The notes under the pieces are model-generated. The model was given only the letters and a program-made list of their open reading frames with translations, made no database searches and was not told where the DNA came from. Source: Lama glama (Eukaryota). Taken from it: 64,000 nt of DNA. Shown here one piece after another: positions 12,596 to 26,892 of the stretch. Numbering within the stretch: the stretch's first letter is position 1; each line of letters starts with the position of its first letter. The translations under genes and the position numbers were made by a program. The stretch spans positions 26,848,001 to 26,912,000 of the forward strand of contig CM052818.1 of the NCBI GenBank assembly GCA_028534125.1, read 5' to 3'.

Positions 12596-12990
12596 TGTAT
12601 TAGCTTTCTAGGGCTGCCATAGTAAATTACCATAGACTGAGTGGCTTAAAACAACAGAAATTAATTGTGCCACGATGCCTTCTTAGTTTCTAGCGGTTGC
12701 TGGCAATCCTTGGCATTCGCTGATCTCCCTCGGTTTGTAGATGCATCTCTCCCATCTCTGCCTCCGTTGTCACATGGTGTTCTCCCTTTGCATGTGTGTT
12801 CTGTGTTCAAAGTCTTCTATTTTAAGGATACCAGTCATTGGATTAGGGTCCACCCCAATCTAATATGACCTAATCTTTGCTTGATTTCATCTGAAAAAGA
12901 CCTTATTTCCAAATATAGTCATGTTCACAGGTAACAGGGCATAGGGCTTGAACTTATCTTTTGGCAGGACAGTATTCAATCCACAGCAGC
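12596..12990 (-). mobile_element. MLT1-type (MaLR) solo LTR, internally deleted
   Basis: tgtattagctttctagggctgccatag...ggcttaaaacaacagaaatt...taaggataccagtcattggattagggtccaccc...attcaatccacagca. Confidence 0.8.
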
Positions 12991-13759
12991 TAATATGAAT
13001 TAAAAATAGCTCTGTTTTGTCATGTCAATTTGGTATTACTTCTGAAAATTCTTTGTCCACTTGGGGTTTACTAAAAATAGACCAAGCACTGGACTCTCAT
13101 GGTCTAATTCTTTGTCTTTGAAAGCTAGAGATTTCTTGGACAACACCTCTTCTGGGAACTCTTTGTTCATTTATTAAACAGTAATTATGGGCATATTCTC
13201 AGGCATTAAGCATATAAAGATACATTCCCTGACCTCAAAAATCTTACAGTATAGTGGGAGAGATCTGTGTTTGAATGAGTATACTATTAGGAATAGAATT
13301 GAGGACTACAAGAGTATGAAAACAAGAATTTGCATCAGTCACAGGGAATTGATAGTTTGGCATATCTCTGTGATAAGTTTTAAAAATGTGTTGGATGTTT
13401 TCTTCCTCTTTCAGATGGTTTATATTACTTCTTAAATACTTTTTACTTAACTTTTCACATTCTAAAAGTTTGGATCCTTGAGGTATGATATTGAAACTTT
13501 TGAATTTTTCATGTTCTTATTATTTGCACTTTAGCAAGTCATGGAAACACTGGAATATATTTATTTTAACCTAATTTCTCAAAATTTATTTAGTTGAAGT
13601 TAATAATTATTTTTACCTTTAAAGACCTTTCTAGAATACATTTTTATTTTTCATTACTTAACCATTTACGTTTAGAGATAAGACCATTAGGCCCAGAGAA
13701 CTTTCGTGTTTTGGTATGTTTTTATTTAAATGTGGGATTTGTTTTATGTTCCTATCTAG

Positions 13760-13957
<198 letters not shown>

Positions 13958-15863
13958 TAAACAGTCAATGATTATTTTTTCTTTTAAAGTTTATATAAAT
14001 GGAATCATGTGGTATGTGAGTTTTTTTGGGGGTGGGAGGCGTTGTCTGCCTTCTTTTACTTGGCATAATTGAGATTTGTCTATCTTGTTCCGTGTATCAA
14101 TAGCTCATTCCTTTTTATTGCTATATGGATATACCGCAATTGGTGTATTCCTTCATCTGTTATGGACATTTGGGTTACTTCCAGTTGTGGCTGTTAAAAA
14201 TAAAGCTGCTATGAACATCTGTGTACAAGTTTTTGTATGGACACATCCTTTCATTTCACTTAGGTAAATACCTAGGAGTGAAATGACTGGATCATATTGC
14301 TAGATTTACATTTAATTTTTGGAAAAATTGCCACTATTTTCTAAAGTACTATGAGACTTCCACATCCTCACCAACATTTGGTATTGCCAGTCTTTTTAAT
14401 TTTAGCCATTCTTGTAGGTATGTACAGGTATCTCTAATCTGTATTTTCAGACTAATGAGGATCATATTATTAGGTGCTTATTAACCATCCATATCTTCTT
14501 TGGTAAAGAGTCTGTTCAGAACTTTTGTGCATTGTTTTATTGAGTTACTTGCTTTCTTATCATTGAGTTATAAGAATGCTTTATAGAAACTTTTATATAT
14601 TTCTTTGTCAGATATGTGATTTGCAAATATTTTCTCCCACTCTAGTCTGTTTTTTTCATTTTCTAAGTATTGCCTTTCTAAGAAGAGACATTTTGAATTT
14701 TGTCAAAGTCCAATTTATCAATTTTTCTTATATTAATTGTACCTTTGATACTGTATCTGAGAAAACTTTCCCTAGCCCAAGGTTTCACCTATGTTTCCTT
14801 TTACAGTAGTTTTTAGTTTTACACTTGGCTATGATCCATTTTGAGTTAATTTTTATATATAGTACATGATATGAATCAAAGGTTTTTTTGTTGTTGTTAT
14901 TTTTTGTACATGGATATTCATTTGTTCTAGTACCATGTTGAAAAGACTGTTTTCTTCACTAAATTGCCTTTGCACCTTTATGAAAATCAGTTGTCCACAT
15001 ACATGTGGGACTATTTTTGGAATCTTTATTCTGTTTCATTGATCTATTTGTTTGTCTTGGTGTCAATAACACTTTCTTGATTACTATACCTTTACAGTAG
15101 CTTAAAATCAGGTAATGTTAGCCCTCTAACTTTTTCTTTTTCAAAATAATTTTAGCCATTCTGGTCCTTTGCATTTCCATATGAATTTCTACAAAAATAA
15201 CATGTTGGGATTTTAATTCAGCTTGCATTGACTCTATAGATCAATTTGGGAAGAGCTGACAGCTTAACAATATTAAGTCTTCCAACTCATAAATATGACA
15301 TATCTGTCTCTTGTTAATTTAGGTCTTCTTTGATTACTGTTAGCAACGTACTGTGGTTTTCAAATGTACAGATCTTGCACATCTTTTTTCAGATTTATCC
15401 CTAGGTAGTTCATATTTTTTATATTTTAAATAGTATTGATTTAAATTTTTTTCAATTTCTAATTGCTCATTACTAACATACAGACTTTTGTACCTTGATT
15501 TTATATCCACAAACCTTCCTAAACTGATTTACTAGTTCTATCAGCTTTTTAAATAGATTCTATCAGATATTCTATGTAGACAATCATGTTGTCTATGAAT
15601 AAAGACAATTTTACTTCTTTTCCTATCTGGATGCCTGTTATTTATTTTTGTTTCCTTATTTACTGTCTGACTAAATCCTTCCGTACAGTGTTGAATAGAA
15701 AACATGAGAGCAGACATTCTTGTCTTATTCCAATTCCTTAAGGTGAAAACATTCAGTCCGTCACTGTTAAGTACAATGTTAACTGTCAGTTTTCCTTGAT
15801 GACGTTTATCAGTTTGAGGACCTGCTGTTATATTCCTAGCTTTCTAAGAAGTTTTTAATCAGG

Positions 15864-16551
15864 GCAGCCATTACAGAAAACAGTATGGAGATTCCTCAAA
15901 AAACTAAAAATAGATTTACCATATGATCCAACAATCCCACTTCTGTTTATGTATCCAGAGGGAACTCTAATGCGAAAAGATACATGCACCCCAGTGTTCA
16001 TAGCAGCACTATATACAATAGTGAAGACATGGAACCAACCTAAATGTCCATTGATGGATAACTGGATAAAGAAGTTGTAATATATTTATGCAATGAAATA
16101 CTACTCTGCCATAAAAAAGAATAAAATAATGCCATTTGCAGCAAAATAGGTGGACCTAGAGATCGTCATTTTAAGTGAAGTAAGCCAGAAAGAGAAAGAA
16201 AAATACCCTATGATATCACTCATATGTGAAATCTAAAAAAAAAAAAAAGGACAGTATGAACTCATCTACAAAACAGAGATAGACTTGCAGATTAGTAAAC
16301 AATCTTATGATTACTGGGGAAAGGGGGTAGGAGGGGATAAATTTGGGAGTTTGAGATTTACAAATGTTAGCTGCTGTATATAAAAATAGATTTAAAAGTT
16401 TCTTTTGTATAGCACCGGGTACTATGCTCAATATCTTGTAATAACCTTTAATGGAAAAAATATGAAAATGAATATAAGTATATATATACATGTACTGTAT
16501 ACCAAAGACTGACACATTATAATTGACTGTACTTCAGTAAAAGAAAAAAAA
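15864..16551 (+). mobile_element. Younger 5'-truncated L1 (ORF2 end, 3'UTR, A-tail), sense, nested
   Basis: gaaaacagtatggagattcctcaaaaaactaaaaatag...A-tail; imperfect TSD aagaagtttttaatcagg (15846-15863) / aagaagtttttgtcagg (16552-16568). Confidence 0.88.
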
Positions 16552-16599
16552 AAGAAGTTTTTGTCAGGAATGTATGTTGGATTTTGTCAAATGCATTTT

Positions 16600-16834
16600 G
16601 TTTTAATTTTTATTTCTTGTTTTTGTTGTTGTTTCTAATTAAACTGTTTAAAATAATTGTAAATTTATATGCTATTAAAAGAAATAATATAGAGCAATCT
16701 TTATAAACTTTACCCAGTTCCTCCAATGGTGATATCCTCCAAAAGGATAGTACAATATCACAAGCAGTGTAATACAGTGTTGACATTGACACAACCCACT
16801 GATCTTGTTGAGCTCCCCAGTTTTACTTGTATTC
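16600..16834 (-). mobile_element. L1MC-like 3' end fragment, nested
   Basis: T-rich tail then tttacccagttcctccaatggtgatatc...tagtacaatatcacaa; interrupts the host L1 with a degenerate tgtcaaatg/tgttaaatg flank. Confidence 0.65.
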
Positions 16835-17930
16835 TGTTAAATGTTTTTTTGGCATCTATTAAGATGAATCATATGACTCTTCTTTTTCACTTGCTAGTGT
16901 AATGAATTACATTGAATAGGTTTACAATTTTAACCAGTTTTCATTCCTAGGATAAACCCTACTTGGTCATGATATATTATCCTTTTTATGTATTGTTTAA
17001 TTAGAGTGCTAAAGGGTTGTATACAATTTTTGCATCTGTGTTCATGAGGGATATTGATATGTAGTTGTCTTGTAGTATCTTTGTCAGATTTCAATATCAG
17101 GGTAATACTGGCCTCATAGAATGTATTGGGAAGTATACCCTTCTCTTCAGTTTTCTGGAAGAGTTTGTATAGAATTGGTATTTCTTACTTAAACATTTGG
17201 TTGAATTCCTCAGTACAACTCTCTGGGTCTCCAGTTTTCTTTGGGGGAAGATTTTTAAGCTACAGATTCAATTTTTAAAATAGATATTGGGCTATTTAGG
17301 TTATCTCTTCTGGAGTAAGTTGTCTGTTTCATCTAAGCTGTCAAATATATTGTGCTTTTAATATATATTGAATCTGCAGTGATGTGACTTCTTTCATTCC
17401 TAATCTTGGTCATTTGTGTCTTTCCTCTCTTGTTCCTCATCTGTCGGGCTAGAGATTTATCAAATGTATTGGTTGTCTTAAAGAAGCAGCTTTTGGTTTC
17501 ATTCTGTTTTTCAGCTTTCTGGTTCATTGATTTCCTCTCTTATCTATATTATTTCCTTTTTTTCTTGCTTATTTTGTGTTGAATTTACTCTACATCACCT
17601 AGTTTCTTAAGGTAGAGGCTGAGGTTATTGATCTGAGACCTTTCTTCTTTGTTATACAGAATTTTAGGGTTATACGTTTCCTCCTAGCTGCTGGAAACTC
17701 TCTCACGGCAGTAAGCTGGGACACTTGTAGTGTTCAACTTGTGTTTTCCATCTCTTAAGGATTAGTGTCTTTCATTGCTTGATGTCCAGTGTCTTCAAAA
17801 CTGTTGTTTCATATATTATGTCCAATTTTTTTTGTTATTTCAAGAGAGAGAGAGTAAACCTGTTCTTGCTACTCCATCTCTGGAAGTGGAAGTTCTAAGT
17901 TTTAATTTACTTTTTTTTTTTTAATTCTAG

Positions 17931-18102
17931 TGTCTCCTAGAACTACAGAATGAAGCTGTGTTCATGTGGACTGCTGAACTGGAAAATATAGCCACTCTCT
18001 GCTTTAAGGCTTTGGAAAATTCAAACTATGGGGTACGAGTGGCAGTGTCTAAACTCTTAGGAACAGTCATGGCTACAGCACTGATGCCAAAACAAGCAAC
18101 AG
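17931..18102 (+). CDS. HEATR5B: HEATR5B exon 6 ([13 protein letters not shown]...MPKQAT)
   Basis: ttctag| ... ACAG|gtatca; 172 nt, phase 0/1. Confidence 0.95.
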
Positions 18103-18395
18103 GTATCATTGTTTGCCAACCCCTCGTATAGACTGTAACAGGTATTTGAAGATATATGGAATGCTTCCTTCTAAAAGAATTCTTACTCCTAGGCAAGTCT
18201 ATTTTAAAGGATTTAAATTGTTAGGTATTTCTGTCTACTTTTTCATAAAATAGAGGTACCCAAATGGAATTTTCCTTGATATTGTCAAGACATTTTTTAT
18301 GATGATACAAGATTACACGTAGCAAGTATGTTGGACATATAAGCAAGTAAGAGTTATGAAATGGTTTTGTATAATGTTCAAAGGACAGGTATCTG

Positions 18396-18533
18396 AGGGA
18401 GGGTATAGCTCAAGTGGCAGAGTGCATGCTTAGTATGCATAAGGTCCTGGGTTCAATTTCCAGTACTTCCTCTAAAAATAAATACATTTAAAAAAAACCT
18501 CCCAAAATAGTAATAATAATTTTTAAAAAATAG
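18396..18533 (+). mobile_element. tRNA-derived SINE (Vic-1-like) with perfect 17-bp TSD
   Basis: gggagggtatagctcaagtggcagagtgcatgcttag...gggttcaatttcc; TSD caaaggacaggtatctg at 18379-18395 and 18534-18550. Confidence 0.9.
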
Positions 18534-19614
18534 CAAAGGACAGGTATCTGGCACTTTATGTGCTTTCTTTCAATCCCTGATGAGTAGGTCCCCATTTATA
18601 GCATAGTATTATTTTTCACTTTTTCTTGACCATTATCGTAAGCAGAATCACAGACAGCATTGATTTTTCCTATGACCTCTGCTGTGCCTCAGTTCCATAG
18701 AGATGCTTCAGGGACAGTTGTGAATAGATGCTGACTGAACCCAGCTCTGCTGTTGTCCCCACCCCTGCTTCATCTCTGTGTTGTAGAAAGAGAATCACAT
18801 CTTACAGATTCAAGTCCTAGCTCTTACGTTTATTTGCTGTGAAACCCTTTGAGCTTTGGTCTCTTCAATTTTAATGGTACTTATTTTAATCTATGTACTA
18901 GAGGAGGATGATGATAGCTAAAATTTATTAAGTGCTAACTATATGCCAGGTACCAAATTAAGCATATAGCAGGATTGTTTTATTTAATCTTTTCAAAAGC
19001 CCTATGAATCCTAAGCACTTTTGTTGTTCCTATTTTATAAACAAAGAAATTGAGGCTTAGAGAGATTGTATCATTTGAGGTGTAATAAGTGTTCTATTAA
19101 GTAAAATTAAAATCCAGACATTCAAATTCCAAAGCCTATATACTTAATCATGAGCTTTATGCCTCTCCTGCAGAATTTTTATGAGGATTATGTTTGCTAC
19201 TATATGTGAGAGGACTTTACAAAATATGAATAAAATATGAGGCTCTCTGCCACAGATAGCAAGTTGGTTGCAATCCAGTGACATTTCACTCTACCAGTAA
19301 CTTATATAGAAATCATGGTCTGGACAAAATTTCGTTGTGTCCATCTCAGTTGGGAGTGAGGGGTGCAGTCAGTCAGCAGTATCTGCTGTAGGTATCCTTT
19401 GTCCTTGTTGTGTTACACTTGTCAAGGTTAGCATTATTATTAGACTATTTTTGCATAAATTTATTAAACTGCTTTTAATTTCTAGCTCTCATTTTTCTTA
19501 TCATTTTTTCTTCAAGTTGAATTTAATTTTTACAAGTGCATTGTAAATTTTAGGATTATAAGAAAATAAATGTTCCTATCTCCTTTGTAGTAGTTTAATT
19601 ATCCTTAAAAATAA

Positions 19615-19881
<267 letters not shown>

Positions 19882-20754
19882 TAAAATAATTCTGTTCATA
19901 TCGCTTATTAAATTTCATGGGAGACTCTTACTAAGTAACAGAACACACAGGCATTAGTAACGTTGTCTAGTTTTTTTCAAAACGTTTCTTTTACAAAATA
20001 AATGAATTACATTCAAATTCTACATTACATGTTTATTTGGAAAGGTAGACATTTAATGATGTGTAAATAAGTCTTTGTGTGCTATGTCTATCTATCTCTA
20101 ACAAAATTTTCTCTAGTTTTACTTGGCAAAGAATCAGTTGTAAAATAATTCAGTTTTAATTGAAATTGTACTCAAGTAGCTTGAGGAATTTAGATTTTAA
20201 TGTTTTCCAACAACCCTATAGCTAAAAATGTTGGTTAGTACTTTGGATTTATCATCATTAATTAATCACCAATTTAATTATGAAATTAAGCCTAACTTGA
20301 ATTATAATTTCAAGATAATAATTAACACCTAGTAAGATGAAAATGGCTTTCTGTGATCTTAGTCAAAATCATCCAGTTATACCTTATTCCACAAATAAGT
20401 GTAAAACAGAAGTAAACCGTTTTTATCTCAGTCATAAGCAAATGTTTTGTAGCTCTAGGTCAACATTTATTGAGGGTGTTAGGGTTTTCCTATTCCTACA
20501 ACCTATCACCTTCATCATCAGGATGAATTCAGGTGAGCCATTCTCTGTGTTCCTCATGAACCTGTTTTCTTAAGAACTGTTTTTAGTCAAAGATGCTTCA
20601 ACTAGTAATTCCCTTGCTATCTAGAGTTATTAAAAAGGTCTCAAGTTTAATATTTTTTCAGTTTTAATCTCAAATGTAACTTATTTTGCATGCTTTCCCC
20701 AGTTATTTCCACAGTTGCTTTATCTGTAATTTCAGTTCATTTCTATTTATCTGA

Positions 20755-21036
<282 letters not shown>

Positions 21037-23039
21037 TGATGTCATGATGTGTGTTGTTGATTACTTCAGTCATTTAGTTCTTTATTGTTAGTCTTAATAA
21101 ATTCTAAGTCTTTCTGGGTTATGTTTTAATAGTCATTTTTATTGTGCACTCCTATTTGCTATGAAAGCAACATACAATTACAGTGAAGTAGAGTTTTTCA
21201 AGATTTGGGTAGTGCCTTTGTAAGATTAGGTATCCTGTTTTATTTCTAGCACCTTTACTGATTTTACAGCTCTCCTGGTATTCACAGCACATTGATTTGC
21301 TGTCTTCGAGAAACAACCTGTTCTGATTTTCCTTCTTGGAGCCTGTTGCGTTTTCCCCTCCCTTGATAGGCTTTATATGAAGACTTAGAGAGGAACAGTT
21401 ACAGGTGGTTTTTAGCCCACCGTAGGATATACTGTGAAATCTCAGTAATTCATAATTAAAAGGAATCCTTTTCTAGGAAGTGTGAACTTTATAAATTTTT
21501 CAGTTTAACAAATAGTTATTGAGCATCTGAGACTGAAAAGCATTAATTCAAGATTTGAACAGTGAGTAAGATAAAATTCCTACCTTAACAGAGCTTATAA
21601 TACAATTAGGGAAAAAATGCGGAGTTTAGTATAAATTCTCTGAGATAGTTTAGGTTTATCACTGTTGGGAATATACATTAGCTTTAATCAGGAAAATCAT
21701 ATTACCTAACAGAGGGTTTTAGAAATAAGAATTTAGTGAACAGATAATATCTAGTACTTTGTATTTAGAGAATATATATTAAATACTTTATAAAATTAAT
21801 AAAAATAAATCCATAAATAGTTTATAGTTTTTGTTGTTTATAATAGCTTCCTAGGCAAACCATATTTTAAATGCATAGGACTGACTGAGAGTTAGGAATT
21901 GTGAATTAAAGGGTATTTAAATTAATGAGATACTGTTCTTTATATAATGTTAAAATAGTAGTCTGTCCTAGGTTCACAACTTGAAAAATATTTGGACATT
22001 GATTCATTGAAGAAATGTTTGAGTGTCAAAAGCACTGTGCCAAATGGTAGTAAAATAGCAAGGGACGTATAGCTGGCATCTGTTTAGGGAGCTTTTAGTT
22101 TAGTCACTGAAAGAGAGTTCATGTATTTCCAACTCCAGAAATATCTAAGAAGAAAAGAGGTATTTAATTTTAATCCATAATATATTAATTTATTATATTC
22201 TATTATTCTATATTTTATAGCCTGTTAATTGATAATGAATGTAAAAAAGATAAGAAAATTTTGCTGTCATTTAAGGGTTATTAATCTTAAGGTCATAGAT
22301 TAACCATTTGATTTTTAAAATGGTTGAAACAGAATTAAACACAATGCTAGTATCTGGACTATATGAGCCAGAATATAGTCTCAGGAATTTTACAAGGAAT
22401 CTTTAGTTGTCCCATGATTAAACATGTTTCAGTTCTATTGGAAACTAAAAGGTGTCAGAAGGGGCCAGCTAAGTTAATTGAAACTTCGAGGAACGTCCCA
22501 GTAAGAAATTCTTAAGTCACTTTTCTTAAAGATCTACTTCCTTGTCAATAATTTGACAGTCATGCTACTAATACATTGCAGCTCTTGAAATATCAGTGAT
22601 AAAATAATAAATTAATAACATTAGCCGCTAACATTTACTGAATGTTTATTGGGGGCAGCATTGTGCTAAATTCTTTATATGAATTGACTTTTTGATCATC
22701 ACAATGACCTTAGAGATAGGCAGGGGAGGAGCCTATACAAATTGAGTATTTTGCCAGATGTCACATCACTAACGTAACTGGTAGACCGGGGATTTGAATC
22801 CACTTCTTCTTTCTCCAGAGACTATGCTTTTGTTACTGTGTAACAAATGATTTCTATTGATTACTAAAATTAGCTGGTGTTCCTAGAAGCAGACCAAATA
22901 CCTCAGTATATATTTAACATGCCATGAAGTCATTAACAGTGTTTTTAACTCACTTCAGTGTTTATTTGTACAAATTTTCTGCTAAGAAATAACTATATAC
23001 AAAGTTCTTTTTGTTTTTGTCACTGTGCAGACACTATGC

Positions 23040-24102
23040 TTTTATTATTATTTTTAATTGAAGTGTAATTGACATAAACATTATATTAGTTTGGACAGCA
23101 TAAATGATTTGACATTTTTAAATGTTGCAAAATGATCACCAAGAGATACCGTCTATTACTATACGAAGTTACACGAAATTTTTTTCTGGTGGTTAGAACT
23201 TTTAAGATTTACTTTCTTAGGAATTTTCAAAATTCCAATACAATATTACTGACTACAGTCACCATGCTGTACATTACATCCCCGTGACTTATTTAATTTA
23301 TAACTGAAAGGTTTACTTTTTGATCCCCCTCACTCATTTGGCCCACCCTCCAACCCCCTCTCCTCTAGCAACCACCAGTTTGTTCACTGCAGCTATAAGT
23401 TTTGATTTTTTTGTTTGTTCATTTGTTTTGTTTTTTAGATTCTGCATATAAATGGTATTTGTCTTTGTCTCACTTATTTTACTTAGTATAACACCCTAAA
23501 GTTCCCTCTATGTTGTTTCAAATGGCAAGATTTCATTCTTTCTTATGGCTGAGTTAATACTCCATTATGTACATATACTATATCATCTTTATTCATTCAT
23601 CTTCTAATGGAAACGAGGTTGTTTCCATATCTTGGCTACTGTAAATACATGTCTCTTGGCCATGGGAGATTATTTCCAAGACCCCTCTACAGCTACCAAA
23701 ATCTGAAGATGCTCAAGTCCTTATATAAAATGGTGTGTGTCTGCCCTTTATATTGGAACCTGCATGTGTGGAGGGCCAATTGTAGTGCTGCAAGGAACAT
23801 GGGGGTGCATATATCTTTTCTAATTAGTGTTTTCATTTTCTTTGGATAAATACCCTGAGTAGAATTGCTGGATCATATGGTAGTTCTCATTTTAGTTTTC
23901 TGAGGAAACTCCATACTGTTTTCCACAGTGGCTACACCAGTATACATTCCCACCAACAGTGTGCAAGGGCTGCCTTTTCTCCACAGCCTCACCAACACTT
24001 ATTATTTCTAGTCCCGTTGATAATAGCCATTCTGACAGATGTGAGGTGATACCTCATTATGGTTTTGATTTGTATCCCTGATTATTAGAGATATTTAGCA
24101 TG
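23040..24102 (-). mobile_element. L1MA-like 3' end, antisense
   Basis: ttttaattgaagtgtaattgacataaac...aatggcaagatttcattcttt...gtagaattgctggatcatatggtagttc...atagccattctgacagatgtgaggtgatacctcatt. Confidence 0.85.
23648..23782 (+). mobile_element. Internally deleted MER2-like Tigger MITE nested in the L1
   Basis: ttccaagacccctc...accaaaatctgaagatgctcaagtccttatataaaatgg...ggagggccaattg; TA on both sides; the L1 reads through when it is removed. Confidence 0.7.
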
Positions 24103-24221
24103 CATATAGAGTTCTTAATAGGCATTCGCTGGTATAATTTAAAAACATGAATTGTGTAGATCAAAACAATTATATCATCATTTAATTCTCCTACATCAAA
24201 TACATGATTTTGTGTTTCCAG

Positions 24222-24377
24222 AAGCGGTAGTGAATGACACTAGTGGTGAAAACAAATCTGGAGCAGCAGACATCGCAGCAAGCCAGCATGTGATGGTCTG
24301 TGCCCTGCAGGAGCTCGGGAGCCTGGTGCAGAGCCTGAATGCCACGGCATCCCCTCTTATTCAGGAAGCATCTATAG
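24222..24377 (+). CDS. HEATR5B: HEATR5B exon 9 ([13 protein letters not shown]...IQEASI)
   Basis: ttccag| ... G|gtatga; 156 nt, phase 1/1. Confidence 0.95.
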
Positions 24378-24811
24378 GTATGATACTCATGGAAATATTT
24401 TTCGCTATTTTTAAAGTCATAGGTGTGATTGATATTTAACTCCTGATTGGTTGCTCATCTTTGTAATTAGTTTAGATCATGTGTTAAAATTTGGGTTTTA
24501 TTTAGGATTCATTGTGATAGTGAATCTTGAATTAAATATTGAAATAAAGTTTTGGGAGACAAATCAAGAACAGTCATGGTAGGTTTTTTTTTTCCTAATA
24601 ATTGGCTAAAATTTATTGAATACTTTATATCAACATTTATGGTTTACTGGATGTAAGTGTACTGTGTTCTTTGTAGAAAATGTTCCTTTAAAGTACTTTC
24701 CTGTTTGTGAGTTAATATATTTTGGGGGGACAAATTTCTGAAAGTGTGTGTGTAAAACCATAATGATTATGATTTTAATTATTGTGTTATACATAGTCTT
24801 TTAATTCATGA

Positions 24812-25114
<303 letters not shown>

Positions 25115-26694
25115 TGATGGAGATCTTAGGATTGTAAGCGCCGTCACGTGGGCTTCAGTCTTCACTGGAACATCTTCTGTGTTTGATGTTGAAATGGGTG
25201 ATCGTACAGCAACAATTTTACTATGATAATAAATGATACAGTATTCTGCTAATGTGGAGTTGGCAGAACCCAATTGAAATTTGATTTTTAATTTTGATAG
25301 AGGGATAATAGGTTTTGTCTGGGTACAATATAATTTTATGATTTATTTTAGAGACCAAAAATGCCTTATAGTAACTCTTTAGAAATCAGAGCTTTTCTTT
25401 GGGGTTTTAGAAATTAAAAATCACATTGCTATAATTCAAAATGTTGAGAAAGTGTGCTATTGCCATAGTTAGCATTTTGATAATACTTAATTATTAAGTT
25501 GAATGGTTTTCATGAATCAGTTACCTTTTTTCCCTTTTTTCTCTACTATACCTTACACTGCTCTCATGGTTTTCTTCTTAGGAATATTAAGTGTTTATGT
25601 AAATATTATTTACAACTTTACATTCGGGTTAGATTTTTTAATTCGTATTTTTTCTGGGTTATTCGGCCCATGTCCATGCATTCCTGTGAGTTCCATAGCT
25701 ACTACTCAAATCTAGGCTTCCATCTCCATTTGCCATACAGTTGCCTCCTCGCTGATTATTCTTTTAGGAGTCTTTTTCTCCCATCTCTTCCGCACGACTT
25801 TCATATTTTATATTTCCTCTGAGACCTTTAGGAACTACCCAGCCATCAGAGAATAAAATATAATCACTTTTGTCTGCTAAAGTGGTACCTTAATAATTTG
25901 CCTTTATTCTTACCTTTCGTTCTAATTTCCCATTGCTCTAGTCAGACTAGTCATCTTGCTTTCTTCCCATGCTTTTGTTCAGCCCCCATGCCTTTGCTCA
26001 TGCTCATCCTGTACATTAGAGGTTTGTCTGTCTTCTTGTTCACTTGTACTAAACCTGTCTGTTTAGAGGCTCAATTCAAGTTCCATCTCTTTCATGAAAT
26101 CTCTTCAAAGCTACTCAGTCTATAAGAGCCTTTCTCTTTGCTGATCACTACATCTGTACTATTATTTTATCATTTGATTATGTGATGATTGTTACTTCCC
26201 ATTTTTTGTGTCTTCTCTCTCTCTAAGACTATAGGCATAGTCTTAGGTTAGCTTATAGCAGATAAGCCTAGATTAGCTTAATGGCAGATATATAATAAGA
26301 GTACAGCAAATCTTTAAATATAGGATAACAGTACTACTAATAATAGCATTTATTAAGTGATTACATGGACCAGAACTGTTCTGAGTGCTTTGCTGTGTTA
26401 ACTTATTTAATCCTGAGAAGAGTGAGGTTGGCACTCCTGTTATTCCTATTTCGGCAATTACGGGACTGAGGCAGGGAGATTAAGTTGTCCTAAATCAGAA
26501 AGCTAGGAAATGACAGAACTGGGATATAAACCCAGGGCTTCTGGAACTTACTGTTAACCCCTTTGCTGTTCTGGATCTCCTTGGAGTCAGCAGTGCAGTG
26601 GGAAGTGATTAGGTCTTGATGTTTCCTCTTTAAAAACGTGCTAACAGCAATGACAAAAAAGAACAACTTCTTTTTTTAAAAAAAAGTATACTAG

Positions 26695-26892
<198 letters not shown>

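Larger units (their letters stand above)
13975..17895 (-). mobile_element. Old mammalian L1 (L1M-type), antisense, internally deleted, hosting two nested L1 insertions
   Basis: Antisense L1 3'UTR and ORF2 remnants (aataaagctgctatgaacat; gatccattttgagttaatttt; ttcatgagggatattg; ggtaatactggcctcatagaatg) followed by an L1M 5'-end-like segment at ~17690-17895. Confidence 0.85.

Noticed and set aside
18396..18475. tRNA-like sequence with A and B boxes (also at 9490-9565 and 29940-30010)
   Set aside because: A-rich tails, TSDs on two copies and degenerate stems identify them as SINEs, not tRNA genes.
21345..21410. 35-nt mini-exon candidate (cccttgatag|...CAG|gtggtt)
   Set aside because: Weak donor and no other support; such pairs arise by chance in introns.
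26223..26246. 10-bp perfect hairpin ctaagactat-aggc-atagtcttag
   Set aside because: Short, AT-rich and isolated; plausible by chance in 64 kb.
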